IMG/VR virus record: IMGVR_UViG_3300037462_000666
Location: 1 to 37,530 of that record
DNA from: a virus
Taxonomy: Duplodnaviria; Caudoviricetes
Direction: 5' to 3' (one strand)
Length of the DNA stretch: 37,530 bases
Part shown: piece by piece, positions 17,941 through 27,240 of the stretch
Layout: each line of letters opens with the position of its first letter
Position numbering within the stretch: the stretch's first letter is position 1
Program-made: the position numbers and the translations under genes
Notes under the pieces: generated by a model
Database searches by the model: none
Seen by the model: only the letters and a program-made list of their open reading frames with translations
Told to the model about the DNA's origin: nothing

Positions 17941-18888
17941 TCAATTGGCCTGAGCTCGCTTCGCGTTCTCCATCTCCGCGGCGAGTTTTGCCGCCCATTG
18001 CTGGATGTAGGCCGGAGCCTCGCCCTGCACCTCCATCGCCTTGGCCAGCTCAGCATCGCGCACATCCGCTGCGAGCGACTTGTCCTGCGCTGCGGGACCG
18101 CTGAGCGGCGTGGGAACGTCTGCTCGATCGCGCACCCGCATTGCCACCATGGGGTTGCCGCTGCCAGTCGGCGATGCGGTCTTGAGGTAGAGCCAGTAGC
18201 GGCCGCCGAGCGAGCGATTCGCGCCTGCCGGATAGACGAAGAGCTTGTAGTAGCTGGTCGAGGAGTCGAGCAGCGCCAAGTACTCACCACGCGACTGCTC
18301 GAAGGACGCAAGACCCAGACCCGCGGAGCTGTACCGGCGACGCATCTGAACGTACTGAGTTCCGTTGCTGCCAGTGAAGGGGCGGTCGAACACGAGGAAC
18401 TCGCTATCACCCAGACCCACGACGTTCATGGCGAAAGCCCACTCGCCCCAGAGCCTGTCATCGCGCTGCGGATAGCCGAACATGAACTTCTGCAGCTGCA
18501 CCGTCTCGCCCGCTTGCGTGAGCGTCGCGCGCTCATCACCCTCAAACTCGATGCGCAGCGAGCCTGGGCTGGTGGTCTGCTCCGGCGCACGGTAGGCGCA
18601 ACCGATGCACTGGCCGTTGCGGAAACCCAGCAGTGATGCGTTGAGGGTGCGCGTGCTGGGGCTGTAGGTGCCGGTGCTGATGTACCACTGCGGCGAGCCG
18701 TCCTGGGCGAAGGTGTAGCTGGCCACCACCATGGTGTTGTTCTGGGAAACGATGAACCAGCCGCGACCGGACTGGCTCGGGTTCCACCACACGCCGTCCT
18801 CCGGCGCCAGCGCGTGAGCCTGCGGAAGACAGGCGAAGAGCAGTGCGAGAAGCGTTGCCGAGAAAAGTGCCTTAACCCCTGATTTCAT
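17941..18888 (-). CDS. Secreted/periplasmic protein (315 aa)
   Basis: Sec signal ending AHA; GVWWNPSQSGRGW and YTF..DGSPQWY motifs. Confidence 0.8.
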   Translation of the reverse strand: MKSGVKALFSATLLALLFACLPQAHALAPEDGVWWNPSQSGRGWFIVSQNNTMVVASYTFAQDGSPQWYISTGTYSPSTRTLNASLLGFRNGQCIGCAYRAPEQTTSPGSLRIEFEGDERATLTQAGETVQLQKFMFGYPQRDDRLWGEWAFAMNVVGLGDSEFLVFDRPFTGSNGTQYVQMRRRYSSAGLGLASFEQSRGEYLALLDSSTSYYKLFVYPAGANRSLGGRYWLYLKTASPTGSGNPMVAMRVRDRADVPTPLSGPAAQDKSLAADVRDAELAKAMEVQGEAPAYIQQWAAKLAAEMENAKRAQAN

Positions 18889-19052
18889 TGTTTGACTCCA
18901 TCTAGATGCGCAGCGCCGCCGGCTCAGCTTGACCCCGGTACTGATGCCGCGCCGGGTTGCGCGATTTGGGCTGCCGGCGGCGCAGGGAAATGGTGGCTCT
19001 TCGAGGTCGCCACCGGAATCGGCGAAGTGCCGAAGTTCGGGTAGGAGATTTC

Positions 19053-19682
19053 CTACCTTGCCGCCTGCAGCACTTGTGCCAGCTGTCCGCCATCCAGCTC
19101 ACTGAGACTGCGCGTGCCGAACGCGGCCTCTGCAGCATCGCGAGCGCGCTTCAACAGATCAGGCTTGCCACGCGCCTCCGCGTGGATGCGCGCCAACAGT
19201 CGCTTGCGATCGGGCACCGGCGCAGCATCGCTCGCTTGTGCGGCCGCGGCCCAGGCTTGCAGGTAGTTCCGCGCCTGCTCGTGCTGGTCGGCAGGCAGCA
19301 GCAGGTACGACGGCACCATGAACTTGCGCCGGAAGGCGCCCCACACCTGCGCGTGGTTCTTGCCGCTGACGTTGACCACGCGCTGCACGAGCTGCTGCAG
19401 CTCGAAGGCTTGGGTGGCGTTGATCTGGTGCGCGCTCGGCGCCACGGTGACCTGCAGGCGCGGCCTCGAAACCGGCCGCACGTGGATCGTCACCTGGTTG
19501 TTGTTCCCCACAATGCCTGCGCCGTTGCCACGCACGGTCAGTGCTGTGCTCGGTGCAACGGGCGCCACCGCGGCCTTGGGACTGCGGCCCCTGCGCCTCG
19601 CGGCTTCGCCGATGTGGGTGACGTTCGAAGCGCTGCTTTCTCTGATCAGCCTCTTGATGCGGTCTTGCGGTGAATCATCCAT
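19053..19682 (-). CDS. ORF6C-like domain regulatory protein
   Basis: QAFELQQLV...VWGAFRRKFMVPSYLLLP...ARNYL pattern; GGAG 9 nt before ATG 19682 (alternative start 19697). Confidence 0.7.
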   Translation of the reverse strand: MDDSPQDRIKRLIRESSASNVTHIGEAARRRGRSPKAAVAPVAPSTALTVRGNGAGIVGNNNQVTIHVRPVSRPRLQVTVAPSAHQINATQAFELQQLVQRVVNVSGKNHAQVWGAFRRKFMVPSYLLLPADQHEQARNYLQAWAAAAQASDAAPVPDRKRLLARIHAEARGKPDLLKRARDAAEAAFGTRSLSELDGGQLAQVLQAAR

Positions 19683-19758
19683 CCCCTGTTTCTCCATCGT
19701 CGCGCGGTGCGGCCGCGCGGGTGCGAATACCAGGGCATAGCCATCTCAGCCGCTGCGA

Positions 19759-20178
19759 CTAGGCAGCGACGCGTACCAGGCGGATGACGTTCTTCGCCTG
19801 CTCTGGCTGTGCCATGAGTTCGTACGCAGCAACGATGAGTTCGGCCATTTTGGCCGGCGGCAGCTTCCGCTTGATCTCCGCCAGCCCCTCTTCAACCGCT
19901 TCGATCGCGAGCTGAAGTCGAGCATGGTCGGTGAGCGCTACGGGCTGCTCTTTTGACAGCTGGGCGTTGTGTTCGCCGGTGACGACATAGAGGACATCCA
20001 GGCCTGCCGCTGCTAGTGCAGAAAGCTGCACCGCGCTCGGCGAGCTGGCGCCCTTCTCCCAGTCGATGACGGTGCGCTTGGCTGCGCCTGCGATCTCTCC
20101 GAGCGCAGGCTGGCTGAGGCCGCGCCGCTGGCGCTCCTCGCGAAGCCGTTCTCCGACAGGGTGATTTTCTGCACTCAT
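19759..20178 (-). CDS. Prophage repressor, XRE HTH (139 aa)
   Basis: GERLREERQRRGLSQ..LG...KRTVIDWEKG...P; DVLYVVTG; divergent from the Ner-like gene; no S24 peptidase domain. Confidence 0.9.
   Translation of the reverse strand: MSAENHPVGERLREERQRRGLSQPALGEIAGAAKRTVIDWEKGASSPSAVQLSALAAAGLDVLYVVTGEHNAQLSKEQPVALTDHARLQLAIEAVEEGLAEIKRKLPPAKMAELIVAAYELMAQPEQAKNVIRLVRVAA
20016..20031. promoter_or_regulatory. Second operator copy inside the repressor CDS
   Basis: GTGCAG-AAAG-CTGCAC, same dyad and 4-nt spacer as 20191..20206. Confidence 0.55.
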
Positions 20179-20183
20179 AGCGG

Positions 20184-20212
20184 TTGACAGGTGCAGATTT
20201 CTGCACCATCCT
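20184..20212 (+). promoter_or_regulatory. Early promoter with an operator in its spacer
   Basis: TTGACA-N17-CATCCT; palindrome GGTGCAG-ATTT-CTGCACC at 20190..20207. Confidence 0.75.
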
Positions 20213-20249
20213 TTGCCTACCCCGTGTACAACAGGCAGGCAGGATAGCA

Positions 20250-20498
20250 GTGAAAACCCACGCGCCAACACCGAGCCGCGAACTTCTCCTGAAGGTCAAG
20301 GCCCACTTCGTCGCCAAGGGCACCACGCTCGCGAATTGGTGCCGCGACAACAAGGTCGACCAGTCCAACGCGCGCCAGGCACTGCTGGGCAGCTGGGATG
20401 GCCCACGCGGCCGCGCAGTGCGCCTGAAGCTCGCCATCGAGGCAGGGCTGGCACCCACCGAGAAGCCCGCCGCCAAGCGCGGCAAGGCGGCCGCATGA
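20250..20498 (+). CDS. Ner/Cro-like DNA-binding protein (BcepMu gp16-like)
   Basis: GTG start; VKAHFVAKGTTLANWCRDN...L.G; first early gene. Confidence 0.8.
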   Translation: MKTHAPTPSRELLLKVKAHFVAKGTTLANWCRDNKVDQSNARQALLGSWDGPRGRAVRLKLAIEAGLAPTEKPAAKRGKAAA

Positions 20499-20719
20499 AG
20501 CCCTCAAGCCTCCGCCCCGGCGATCGCATCCGCCGCAAGTCCTCGCACCCTGGCAGCGCCCTGATCTGGAGGGTGCTGCGGCTTGAGCGCCGCAAGCCCG
20601 GACGCCCGCCCCTGGTGTTCATGACGCTCGACATTTCCTGCGAGGGAGAGCCCTGCAGCGGCGAGTGCTACGCGAGCGCAGGGGAAGTCGCCCGCTACTT
20701 CGAGCAGGTGCGGGCATGA
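20495..20719 (+). CDS. Hypothetical early protein (74 aa)
   Basis: ATGA overlaps at both ends. Confidence 0.6.
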   Translation: MKPSSLRPGDRIRRKSSHPGSALIWRVLRLERRKPGRPPLVFMTLDISCEGEPCSGECYASAGEVARYFEQVRA

Positions 20720-20838
20720 GCCCGCGCCGCCGCTCCACAGATGTCCGGCGCGCTTCGCCGGGCCTGGTGATCACCGCGCTGATCGTGATCGCCGGCTGGG
20801 CGGTCCTGGCCGCAGTAGCGTTCGGGTGGCTGCCATGA
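20716..20838 (+). CDS. Small single-TM early protein (40 aa)
   Basis: ATGA overlaps at both ends; MSPRRRSTDVRRASPGLVITALIVIAGWAVLAAVAFGWLP; below the ORF-track cutoff. Confidence 0.6.
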   Translation: MSPRRRSTDVRRASPGLVITALIVIAGWAVLAAVAFGWLP

Positions 20839-21137
20839 GCGCGCCCGCACCGCTGGCCCGTGCCTGGGCCGTGATCCAAGCGCTCGCCGGGCACGCCTTC
20901 GACGGCCGCCGCCTGAAAGACGTCGCCGAGGCGGTCAAGCAAGCAGCACCCACCACGTTGCGCGACCTCGAAGCGCTGGAAGACCTCGGGCTGGCGGAAC
21001 GCCTGCCGGGTCGCCCCGACAACTGGCGCCTCACCGCTCGCCTGGTGCAGCTGGCCCACGCGCATCAGCACGAGATGGCACGGCTGCGCGAGCGGCTGGA
21101 AGCCACCGACCGCAACTACACCCGCACCCCTGATTGA
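20835..21137 (+). CDS. IclR-type winged-HTH protein
   Basis: RA..VIQALAGHAFDG..LKDVA.AV....PTTLRDL..L...GLAE...WRL. Confidence 0.8.
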   Translation: MSAPAPLARAWAVIQALAGHAFDGRRLKDVAEAVKQAAPTTLRDLEALEDLGLAERLPGRPDNWRLTARLVQLAHAHQHEMARLRERLEATDRNYTRTPD

Positions 21138-21152
21138 TCGAGGACACCCACG

Positions 21153-22043
21153 ATGGCAAAGAAGAACACCCCCACTGCTGCTGGCGAGCTGGTTGAGCGC
21201 GAGGCGGACTATCAGCGCAACAAGCAGCTGCTGGTCGCCGAGTTCGGCGAGGGTCTGCACTGGGACCCCGACCACTACACCGCGGCCATCGCCGCGGAGA
21301 TGAAGCGCGGCTGCGAAGCCTTCCTGCGCGCTGGCCGCCTGCTGGTAGTGGCCCGAGCTTGCGCCAGCCACGGCGAGTGGTCCGGCATGATCGAGCGGCT
21401 CGGCCTGGAGCCGCGCCAGGCGCAGCGGATGATGGAGGCCGCCAAGCGTGTCGCCGCGCTTCCAAATGCGTCGACGTCGACGCATTTGCTCGAAGCCGCC
21501 GGCAGCCCCAGCAAGCTGATCGAGCTGCTCAGCCTGCCGGAGGAGCAATTCACCCAGCTGGCCGAGGAGGGCGAAACCGGCGAGCTGAGCCTCGACGACG
21601 TCGCCAAGATGGGCGTGCGCGACCTGCGCAACGCGGTGCGCGAAGCGCGCGCAGACCTTGATGCAAAGGACGAGCGCGCCGCAGAGCGCGAACGCAAGAT
21701 CGAGGCGCTGCAGAAGGAGCTGCGCAAGGCCAAGGGCCAGCGCGAGCGCGCCACACCGGATGAGCGTGCGGCCGAACTGCGCACGCTGGCCACAACCACT
21801 CAGATGCACCTGGTGGCCGCGGTGCATGCCCAAGGCGACGACGCCGACAGCCTGTTCGAGCGCTTCCGCAGCCTGCGCGAGGCTGCCGAGCTGGCGGGTG
21901 ATGCTGGCGAGCACGACGACTTCATGGCCGGCCTGGTCGGCGACCTGCTCGGCCAGCTGCGCCGCCTGCGCGATACCTTCGGGCTGCCGCCGGTGAACGA
22001 CGGCGCATGGATTGAGCAGCAGCTCAAGAAGGTCGGGGGCTGA
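21153..22043 (+). CDS. DUF3102-like protein preceding the transposase
   Basis: GRLLVVAR....HGEW...IERLGL..RQAQRMM; SKLIELL; coiled coil. Confidence 0.8.
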   Translation: MAKKNTPTAAGELVEREADYQRNKQLLVAEFGEGLHWDPDHYTAAIAAEMKRGCEAFLRAGRLLVVARACASHGEWSGMIERLGLEPRQAQRMMEAAKRVAALPNASTSTHLLEAAGSPSKLIELLSLPEEQFTQLAEEGETGELSLDDVAKMGVRDLRNAVREARADLDAKDERAAERERKIEALQKELRKAKGQRERATPDERAAELRTLATTTQMHLVAAVHAQGDDADSLFERFRSLREAAELAGDAGEHDDFMAGLVGDLLGQLRRLRDTFGLPPVNDGAWIEQQLKKVGG

Positions 22044-23851
22044 TGATGGCCGCCGTCCATTCGCCCGCCCTGCTGGAGGAGCTGGCCGAAGTCGCCCGCC
22101 AGGCGGCTGCGGCTGGCCACGGCGGTAAGTCCCGCGTGTATGAAGCTGCAGCCAAGCGCATGGGCTGCTCAGTGGCGACGCTGCTCCAGCGCCTCAAGCT
22201 GGTGCGCGTCGGCGCGCCCCGCAAGCGCCGAGCTGACGCGGGCGACCACGCACTGAGTCGCGACGAGGCCGCATTGATCGCCGCGACGGTTGAGGAGACC
22301 CGCCGCCTGACGGGTACCGGCGCGCTGGCGCTCGAACACGCGGTCGAGATTCTGCGCAGCAACGGGCGCATCACAGCCGGCCGCGTCGATACTGACACCG
22401 GCGAGTTCACGCCGCTGAGTGTCAGCGCCATTCGCCGCGCGCTGCGCCACTACAACATGCACCCGGAACAGCTGGCCGAGCCCACGCCGGCCGCGCGCCT
22501 GCAGAGCCCGCACCCGAACTGGTGCTGGCAGATCGACGCCTCGGTGAGCCGCCAGTTCTACCTGGCCGACGACGGCACCCGAGTGATGCCCGAGCGCGAG
22601 TTCTATCGGGGCAAGCCCGGCAATCTGGTGGCGATCAATGACTACCGCCTCTGGCGCTACGTGGTCACCGACCACGCCAGCGGCGCGCTGGAAGTGCTGT
22701 ACGTGCGCGGCGCGGAAAGCAGCGCCAACGTGCTGGCCACCCTGATCCACGCCATGACGCGCCGCGCGGACGGCACCATGCACGGCGTGCCGCGGCACCT
22801 GATGGCCGACCCCGGCTCAGCGATGAAGACCCAGGTCACTGCGAACGTGTGCGCGGCGCTGGGCATCAACCTCATCATCAACGAGGTGGGCAACGCCCGC
22901 GCCAAGGGCCAGGTCGAGAACGCGCAGTACCTGTGGGAGCGCAGCTTCGAAGCGGCCCTGAAGCTGCGCGCGCCGGTGACCAGCCTGGAAGAGATCAACC
23001 GGCTGGCAGCGGAGTTCGCGCGCAACTTCAACGCGACCGCGATCCACAGCCGCACCGGCACCACGCGTCGCGACGCCTGGCTGCGCATCACCCGCGAGCA
23101 GCTGATCGAGGCTCCGAAGGTGGAGACCCTGCGCGCGCTGGCGACCACGGTGCCGGTGCCGCGCCGGGTGCGCGACTACCGCGTCAAGCACGGCGGCCGC
23201 GTGTGGGACCTGACCGGACTGCCGGGTGTGTTGAACGGCGCCCAAGTCGAGGTGGTGATCAACGCGCTCGACCCGACCACCCTGCGGGTCGTGGTGACCG
23301 CCGACGACGGCCGCCCCGGCTACTACCTCGCACCGGAGATTCGCACCGGCGAGTACGGCTTCGAACTCAACGCCGCGACGATCGGCGAGAACTTCCGCGC
23401 GCCGCCCGAGACCCCGGCCGATGCCGCCCGCAAGGAGATCGAGCGGCTGGCGATGGACGTGGCAAGCGACGCCGAGGCGGCTGCAGCACGCAAGGCGAAG
23501 CGCCTCGCCTTCGGCGGCACCGTGGACCCGCTGAAGCCGAGCCGCGAGCTGGAAGTGGTGCCGGCGCTACCGCGCGCCTCAACGCCGAGCACCGTCGCCG
23601 CACCGGCCGAGGTCGAGCCCGCGCCGCGGCTGCCGCAGATCAACCCCGTCTGGCAAGCGCAGGTGCTGTCGCACGAGGACATGGCCCGCGGTCTGAAGCG
23701 CCGCGTGGAAGCCCTCGGCGGCACGTGGTCTGCCGCGCTCTTCGCGCAGATGGCTGAGCGCTGGCCCGATGGCGCGACTGAGGACGAGCTCGATGCCTGC
23801 GCCACCGCGCTGCTGCGCAGCGGCCTGCGCGTGGTGGGAGGTGCCGCTTGA
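22043..23851 (+). CDS. DDE transposase (MuA analogue, B3/BcepMu type)
   Basis: RKRRADAG; PNWCWQIDAS (D); LMADPGS (D); AKGQVE (E). Confidence 0.95.
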   Translation: MMAAVHSPALLEELAEVARQAAAAGHGGKSRVYEAAAKRMGCSVATLLQRLKLVRVGAPRKRRADAGDHALSRDEAALIAATVEETRRLTGTGALALEHAVEILRSNGRITAGRVDTDTGEFTPLSVSAIRRALRHYNMHPEQLAEPTPAARLQSPHPNWCWQIDASVSRQFYLADDGTRVMPEREFYRGKPGNLVAINDYRLWRYVVTDHASGALEVLYVRGAESSANVLATLIHAMTRRADGTMHGVPRHLMADPGSAMKTQVTANVCAALGINLIINEVGNARAKGQVENAQYLWERSFEAALKLRAPVTSLEEINRLAAEFARNFNATAIHSRTGTTRRDAWLRITREQLIEAPKVETLRALATTVPVPRRVRDYRVKHGGRVWDLTGLPGVLNGAQVEVVINALDPTTLRVVVTADDGRPGYYLAPEIRTGEYGFELNAATIGENFRAPPETPADAARKEIERLAMDVASDAEAAAARKAKRLAFGGTVDPLKPSRELEVVPALPRASTPSTVAAPAEVEPAPRLPQINPVWQAQVLSHEDMARGLKRRVEALGGTWSAALFAQMAERWPDGATEDELDACATALLRSGLRVVGGAA

Positions 23852-25020
23852 GCCTGGTGTTGAAGCAAGTGCTGGCAGACGCCGGCATCTCCTACCGCGA
23901 AGCCGCCGACGCCGTTGGCGTGGGCAAGAGCCTGATCGGAAACCTCTGCAACGGCCAGTGGCCGCAGGGCGCCGAGACCGCCAAGAAGCTCCGCAGCTCG
24001 ATCCGTTCGTTCCTGGTGTCGCGTGGCTTGCCGGCCGCCGACGCGTTCAAGAAGGCCCTGCCGCGCGCCAACGCGACAGGGCCGGTTGCCCCCGCTGTAA
24101 CCCTGACTGAGACCACAAACGAGGACCCCGACATGCTACTGCGAAAGCAATCCCTCACCCCCGCAGCGCGCCAGCACTTCCACTTGGCGCGCGACCCCTT
24201 CACCGAGTGCCGCGAGCCGGCCGACGTGTTCTTGAGCCCCGACGCCCGCTATGTGCGTGAGGCCATGTGGAGCGTGTGCCGCCACGGTGGGTTCCTCGCC
24301 GTGGTCGGAGAGAGCGGCGCCGGCAAGAGCACGCTGCGCGAAGAGCTGGTCGAGCGCATTCAGGCCGAAGCGCCCGGCACGATCCTGGTGCAGCCCTACG
24401 TGCTGGCGATGGAAGACAAGGACAGCGTGGGCAAGACCCTGCGCAGCCAGCACATCGCCGAGGCAATCGTGCGCGCGGTCGCGCCGCTCTCGAAGACCAT
24501 GAGCAGCCCCGAGGCGCGCTTCCGCCAGCTGCACGAGGTGCTGCGCGACAGCCATCGCACCGGCGCGCGCCACGTGCTGCTGATCGAAGAGGCGCACTGC
24601 CTGCCGGTGCCGACCCTCAAGCACCTGAAGCGCTACCTGGAGCTGAAGGACGGCATGAAGCCGCTGCTCAGCGTGATCCTGCTCGGCCAGCCCGAGCTGG
24701 CCCTCAAACTCAACGAGCAGGACCCGGGCGTGCGCGAGGTGGTGCAGCGGATCGAGCTGGTGCCGCTGGCCCCGCTGGACCAGCACCTGGAGGCCTACCT
24801 GCAGCACCGCTTCCAGCGGGCCGGAGTGAAGCTCGCCGACGTGGTCGATGCCTCGGGCCTGGAAGCCCTGCGCGCGCGGCTCACGCCCGCGCAGGGCCGC
24901 CAGCGCGGCTCGCTGCTGTATCCGCTGGCGGTGCACAACTGCCTGGCCGCCGCCATGAACGCCGCCGCCGAGCTGGGCGCACCGAAGGTCACCAAGGGCG
25001 CGTTCGGAGGTGTGGCATGA
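23848..25020 (+). CDS. Transposition ATPase (MuB analogue, ExeA-like AAA) with N-terminal HTH
   Basis: Walker A GESGAGKS; Walker B LLIEEAH; ILLGQPEL. Confidence 0.92.
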   Translation: MSLVLKQVLADAGISYREAADAVGVGKSLIGNLCNGQWPQGAETAKKLRSSIRSFLVSRGLPAADAFKKALPRANATGPVAPAVTLTETTNEDPDMLLRKQSLTPAARQHFHLARDPFTECREPADVFLSPDARYVREAMWSVCRHGGFLAVVGESGAGKSTLREELVERIQAEAPGTILVQPYVLAMEDKDSVGKTLRSQHIAEAIVRAVAPLSKTMSSPEARFRQLHEVLRDSHRTGARHVLLIEEAHCLPVPTLKHLKRYLELKDGMKPLLSVILLGQPELALKLNEQDPGVREVVQRIELVPLAPLDQHLEAYLQHRFQRAGVKLADVVDASGLEALRARLTPAQGRQRGSLLYPLAVHNCLAAAMNAAAELGAPKVTKGAFGGVA

Positions 25021-25232
25021 AGGCCCTGCAGGAAGCCGCCCGCCACATGGGCAAAGTGGACGCCATCGTCAAGCCCGCACGTGAACTGGCCCACGACTCG
25101 ACCATCGCTGCCGATGCGCGTGGCCTGCTGTTCCAGCTGGTCGTGATCGAGATAGCGCTGCTGGCGAACTGCCTTCCGCTCGCCCAGCCCACGCCGGCTG
25201 CTGCCGAGGCTCAGCCCGGAGGTGTCCATTGA
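25017..25232 (+). CDS. Hypothetical protein (71 aa)
   Basis: ATGA overlap, GGAGG RBS. Confidence 0.6.
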   Translation: MKALQEAARHMGKVDAIVKPARELAHDSTIAADARGLLFQLVVIEIALLANCLPLAQPTPAAAEAQPGGVH

Positions 25233-25522
25233 GCGCGGTGCTCGCCCTCGCTACCGGCGGCCCGCTCGACCCCGGCAACGACGCGTTTCGGCGGGGCTGC
25301 TGCGCAGCGTTGTCCGCGGTCTTCTCTGCGCACGACGCCGGCAGCTGCGTCCTGCACATCGACATCAGCGGACCGAACCCGCGCTTGCTGATCACGCCGC
25401 CGCAGCATCCGCAGGTCCTGCCCGGCGCCATGCGCAAGCGCGAGAGCCGCGGGGGACGGATGCACGTGCGCATGGTGGCCATGCGGTTCGGCGCGCTTCT
25501 TGAGTGGGAGGTGCCGCGATGA
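25229..25522 (+). CDS. Hypothetical protein (97 aa)
   Basis: TTGA overlap, GGAGG RBS. Confidence 0.6.
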   Translation: MSAVLALATGGPLDPGNDAFRRGCCAALSAVFSAHDAGSCVLHIDISGPNPRLLITPPQHPQVLPGAMRKRESRGGRMHVRMVAMRFGALLEWEVPR

Positions 25523-25758
25523 CGCCGGCCGACGCCCTGCCACCGCTGCCGAGGGCGCTGCAATCACAGGTGGAGCGTGTAGCTGCCGAGCTGCTGCCGC
25601 TGATGCTCCACCCCGCAAAGGCCCTGCGGGTGATCGCCCTGGTGCGCGTGGCGCTGCTCGCCGAAGAGGCCCTGGGCCAGACCCTGCGCCAGATCCACGC
25701 GGACCGCATGGCTTCGGTCCAGGCGTTGCCCGCGATCGAGGAGCCGGCCGATGGATGA
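25519..25758 (+). CDS. Hypothetical protein (79 aa)
   Basis: ATGA overlap, GGAGG RBS. Confidence 0.6.
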   Translation: MTPADALPPLPRALQSQVERVAAELLPLMLHPAKALRVIALVRVALLAEEALGQTLRQIHADRMASVQALPAIEEPADG

Positions 25759-25891
25759 CGACGAGCTGCCGCCCTGGCTGGGCACGGCGTTTCAAGACGC
25801 CTTCCACGACATCTTCGCGAATCAACACCACGCCGAGCAGCACGCCGCGCCGGCCCACGAGGAACCCACGCATGTCGATGAACGAAATTGA
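25751..25891 (+). CDS. Small acidic hypothetical protein (46 aa)
   Basis: GAGGAG RBS; MDDDELPPWLGTAFQDAFHDIF...; bridges the operon to gam. Confidence 0.45.
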   Translation: MDDDELPPWLGTAFQDAFHDIFANQHHAEQHAAPAHEEPTHVDERN

Positions 25892-26393
25892 GCTGAAGGC
25901 CAAGGCCTTCAACGAAGCGCGCACGCTGCTGGCCGAGCGCGTGCAGAACCTGCGCGACGAGCAGGAGGCCATCAAGCGCCGGCTGCTGACCGGCATCAAG
26001 AATGCGCTGGCGAAGTTCCGCGAGAGCCACGCGCACCTGCTGGAGCTGGTGGAGGCTCATCCCGAGCTGTTCGCGAAACCGAAGACCCGGACCCTGCACA
26101 ACGTGAGGGTCGGCTGGGTCAAGCAGCGCGGCAAGCTGGGAATCGAAGATGCGGAGCGCGTGGTCGAGCTGATCGAGAAGCTGCTGCCGGATCAGGCTGC
26201 AGCACTGATCCGCACGAAGAAGGATCCGGACAAGAAGGCGCTAGGCGAGCTGCCGGCGCGCGACCTGAAGCGCCTGGGCGTCCGCGTCACCGAAGACACC
26301 GAGGCGCCGTTCGTGAAGCCTGCGGATGACGGCATCGACAAGTTGCTTGATGCGCTGCTTTCTCAGGATGAGCTGGAGGGCTTGGTCCCGTGA
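25872..26393 (+). CDS. gam: Mu Gam-like host-nuclease inhibitor
   Basis: Coiled-coil N-terminus; KTRTLHNVRVGWVK and IRTKKDPDKKAL...LKRLGV motifs; GAGGA RBS. Confidence 0.75.
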   Translation: MSMNEIELKAKAFNEARTLLAERVQNLRDEQEAIKRRLLTGIKNALAKFRESHAHLLELVEAHPELFAKPKTRTLHNVRVGWVKQRGKLGIEDAERVVELIEKLLPDQAAALIRTKKDPDKKALGELPARDLKRLGVRVTEDTEAPFVKPADDGIDKLLDALLSQDELEGLVP

Positions 26394-27133
26394 ATACGTT
26401 GCGTAGCACGACGCACATCCGGGAACAGCGCATGCATTGCATCGATTGCTGTTTGGACCGTTTCACATGCGAGGAAGCAGGCTTCTCGTGCTTCAGCGAA
26501 GCGATCCTTCGTATCGCCCGCTTCGCCAGGAAATCTAGTGAGCACCAACTGGTACATCGCAGATACGTCATGGGCGAGTCTCACCGCTTGCTGTGCACTC
26601 GACGCCGCGGGGCCAAGCAGAGACAGCTTCGGAGTGGACTTCAAGAGCTTGCGAGAGAGGCGCGTCTCGGTAGCGAAAACTTCAAGATCGGACCTCGGCA
26701 GCCGCTTGCCTCCCGAGGATCCTATGAAAACCCTTCGACTAACCGTGTTCGAATCTGTGCGGGTGTAGGTGACTTCAATCATGTCGTAGGCACAGGCGGC
26801 GAGAAGGCCTTCAAGCAGCTCGTTGAAGTGGGGCAACAGCTCCAAGGCAATCGATCTAGCTTCGATCGCTTCCTTCTCGACTGCTCTTTGCCGTTCCTGC
26901 TCGGCGATCCTAATTGGAATTCTGACCGCGATGATCAGAGCCACGATCGTACCGATGGCCTGAATCCAAGCAGGAGGCCAGGCAAGCCATGCGGGATCAT
27001 CGCGATAGCGCTCGGCCACCCCCCAAAGCACGACTCCGAGTGTCCAGACCACGGGCAGCAATCCGATAGCAAGGGTCAAGAGCTCCTGAATATGAGTCTG
27101 ATCTCGCGAAGACGGGTCTTTGGACGAGTGCAT
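26363..27133 (-). CDS. Moron: two-TM membrane protein on the antisense strand
   Basis: Two hydrophobic helices incl. AWIQAIGTIVALIIA..IP; composition visibly less GC-biased than its neighbours. Confidence 0.65.
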   Translation of the reverse strand: MHSSKDPSSRDQTHIQELLTLAIGLLPVVWTLGVVLWGVAERYRDDPAWLAWPPAWIQAIGTIVALIIAVRIPIRIAEQERQRAVEKEAIEARSIALELLPHFNELLEGLLAACAYDMIEVTYTRTDSNTVSRRVFIGSSGGKRLPRSDLEVFATETRLSRKLLKSTPKLSLLGPAASSAQQAVRLAHDVSAMYQLVLTRFPGEAGDTKDRFAEAREACFLACETVQTAIDAMHALFPDVRRATQRIHGTKPSSSS

Positions 27134-27240
27134 CTTGAAGGGTTCGGTTGTCTAGAAGTGCTTGAGCATGCCACGGCACGATCCGTTTCGCGGCTCGAGA
27201 TGAGTGCTCACGCCGGGTCTGAGATTTGGATGGAGGGAGC

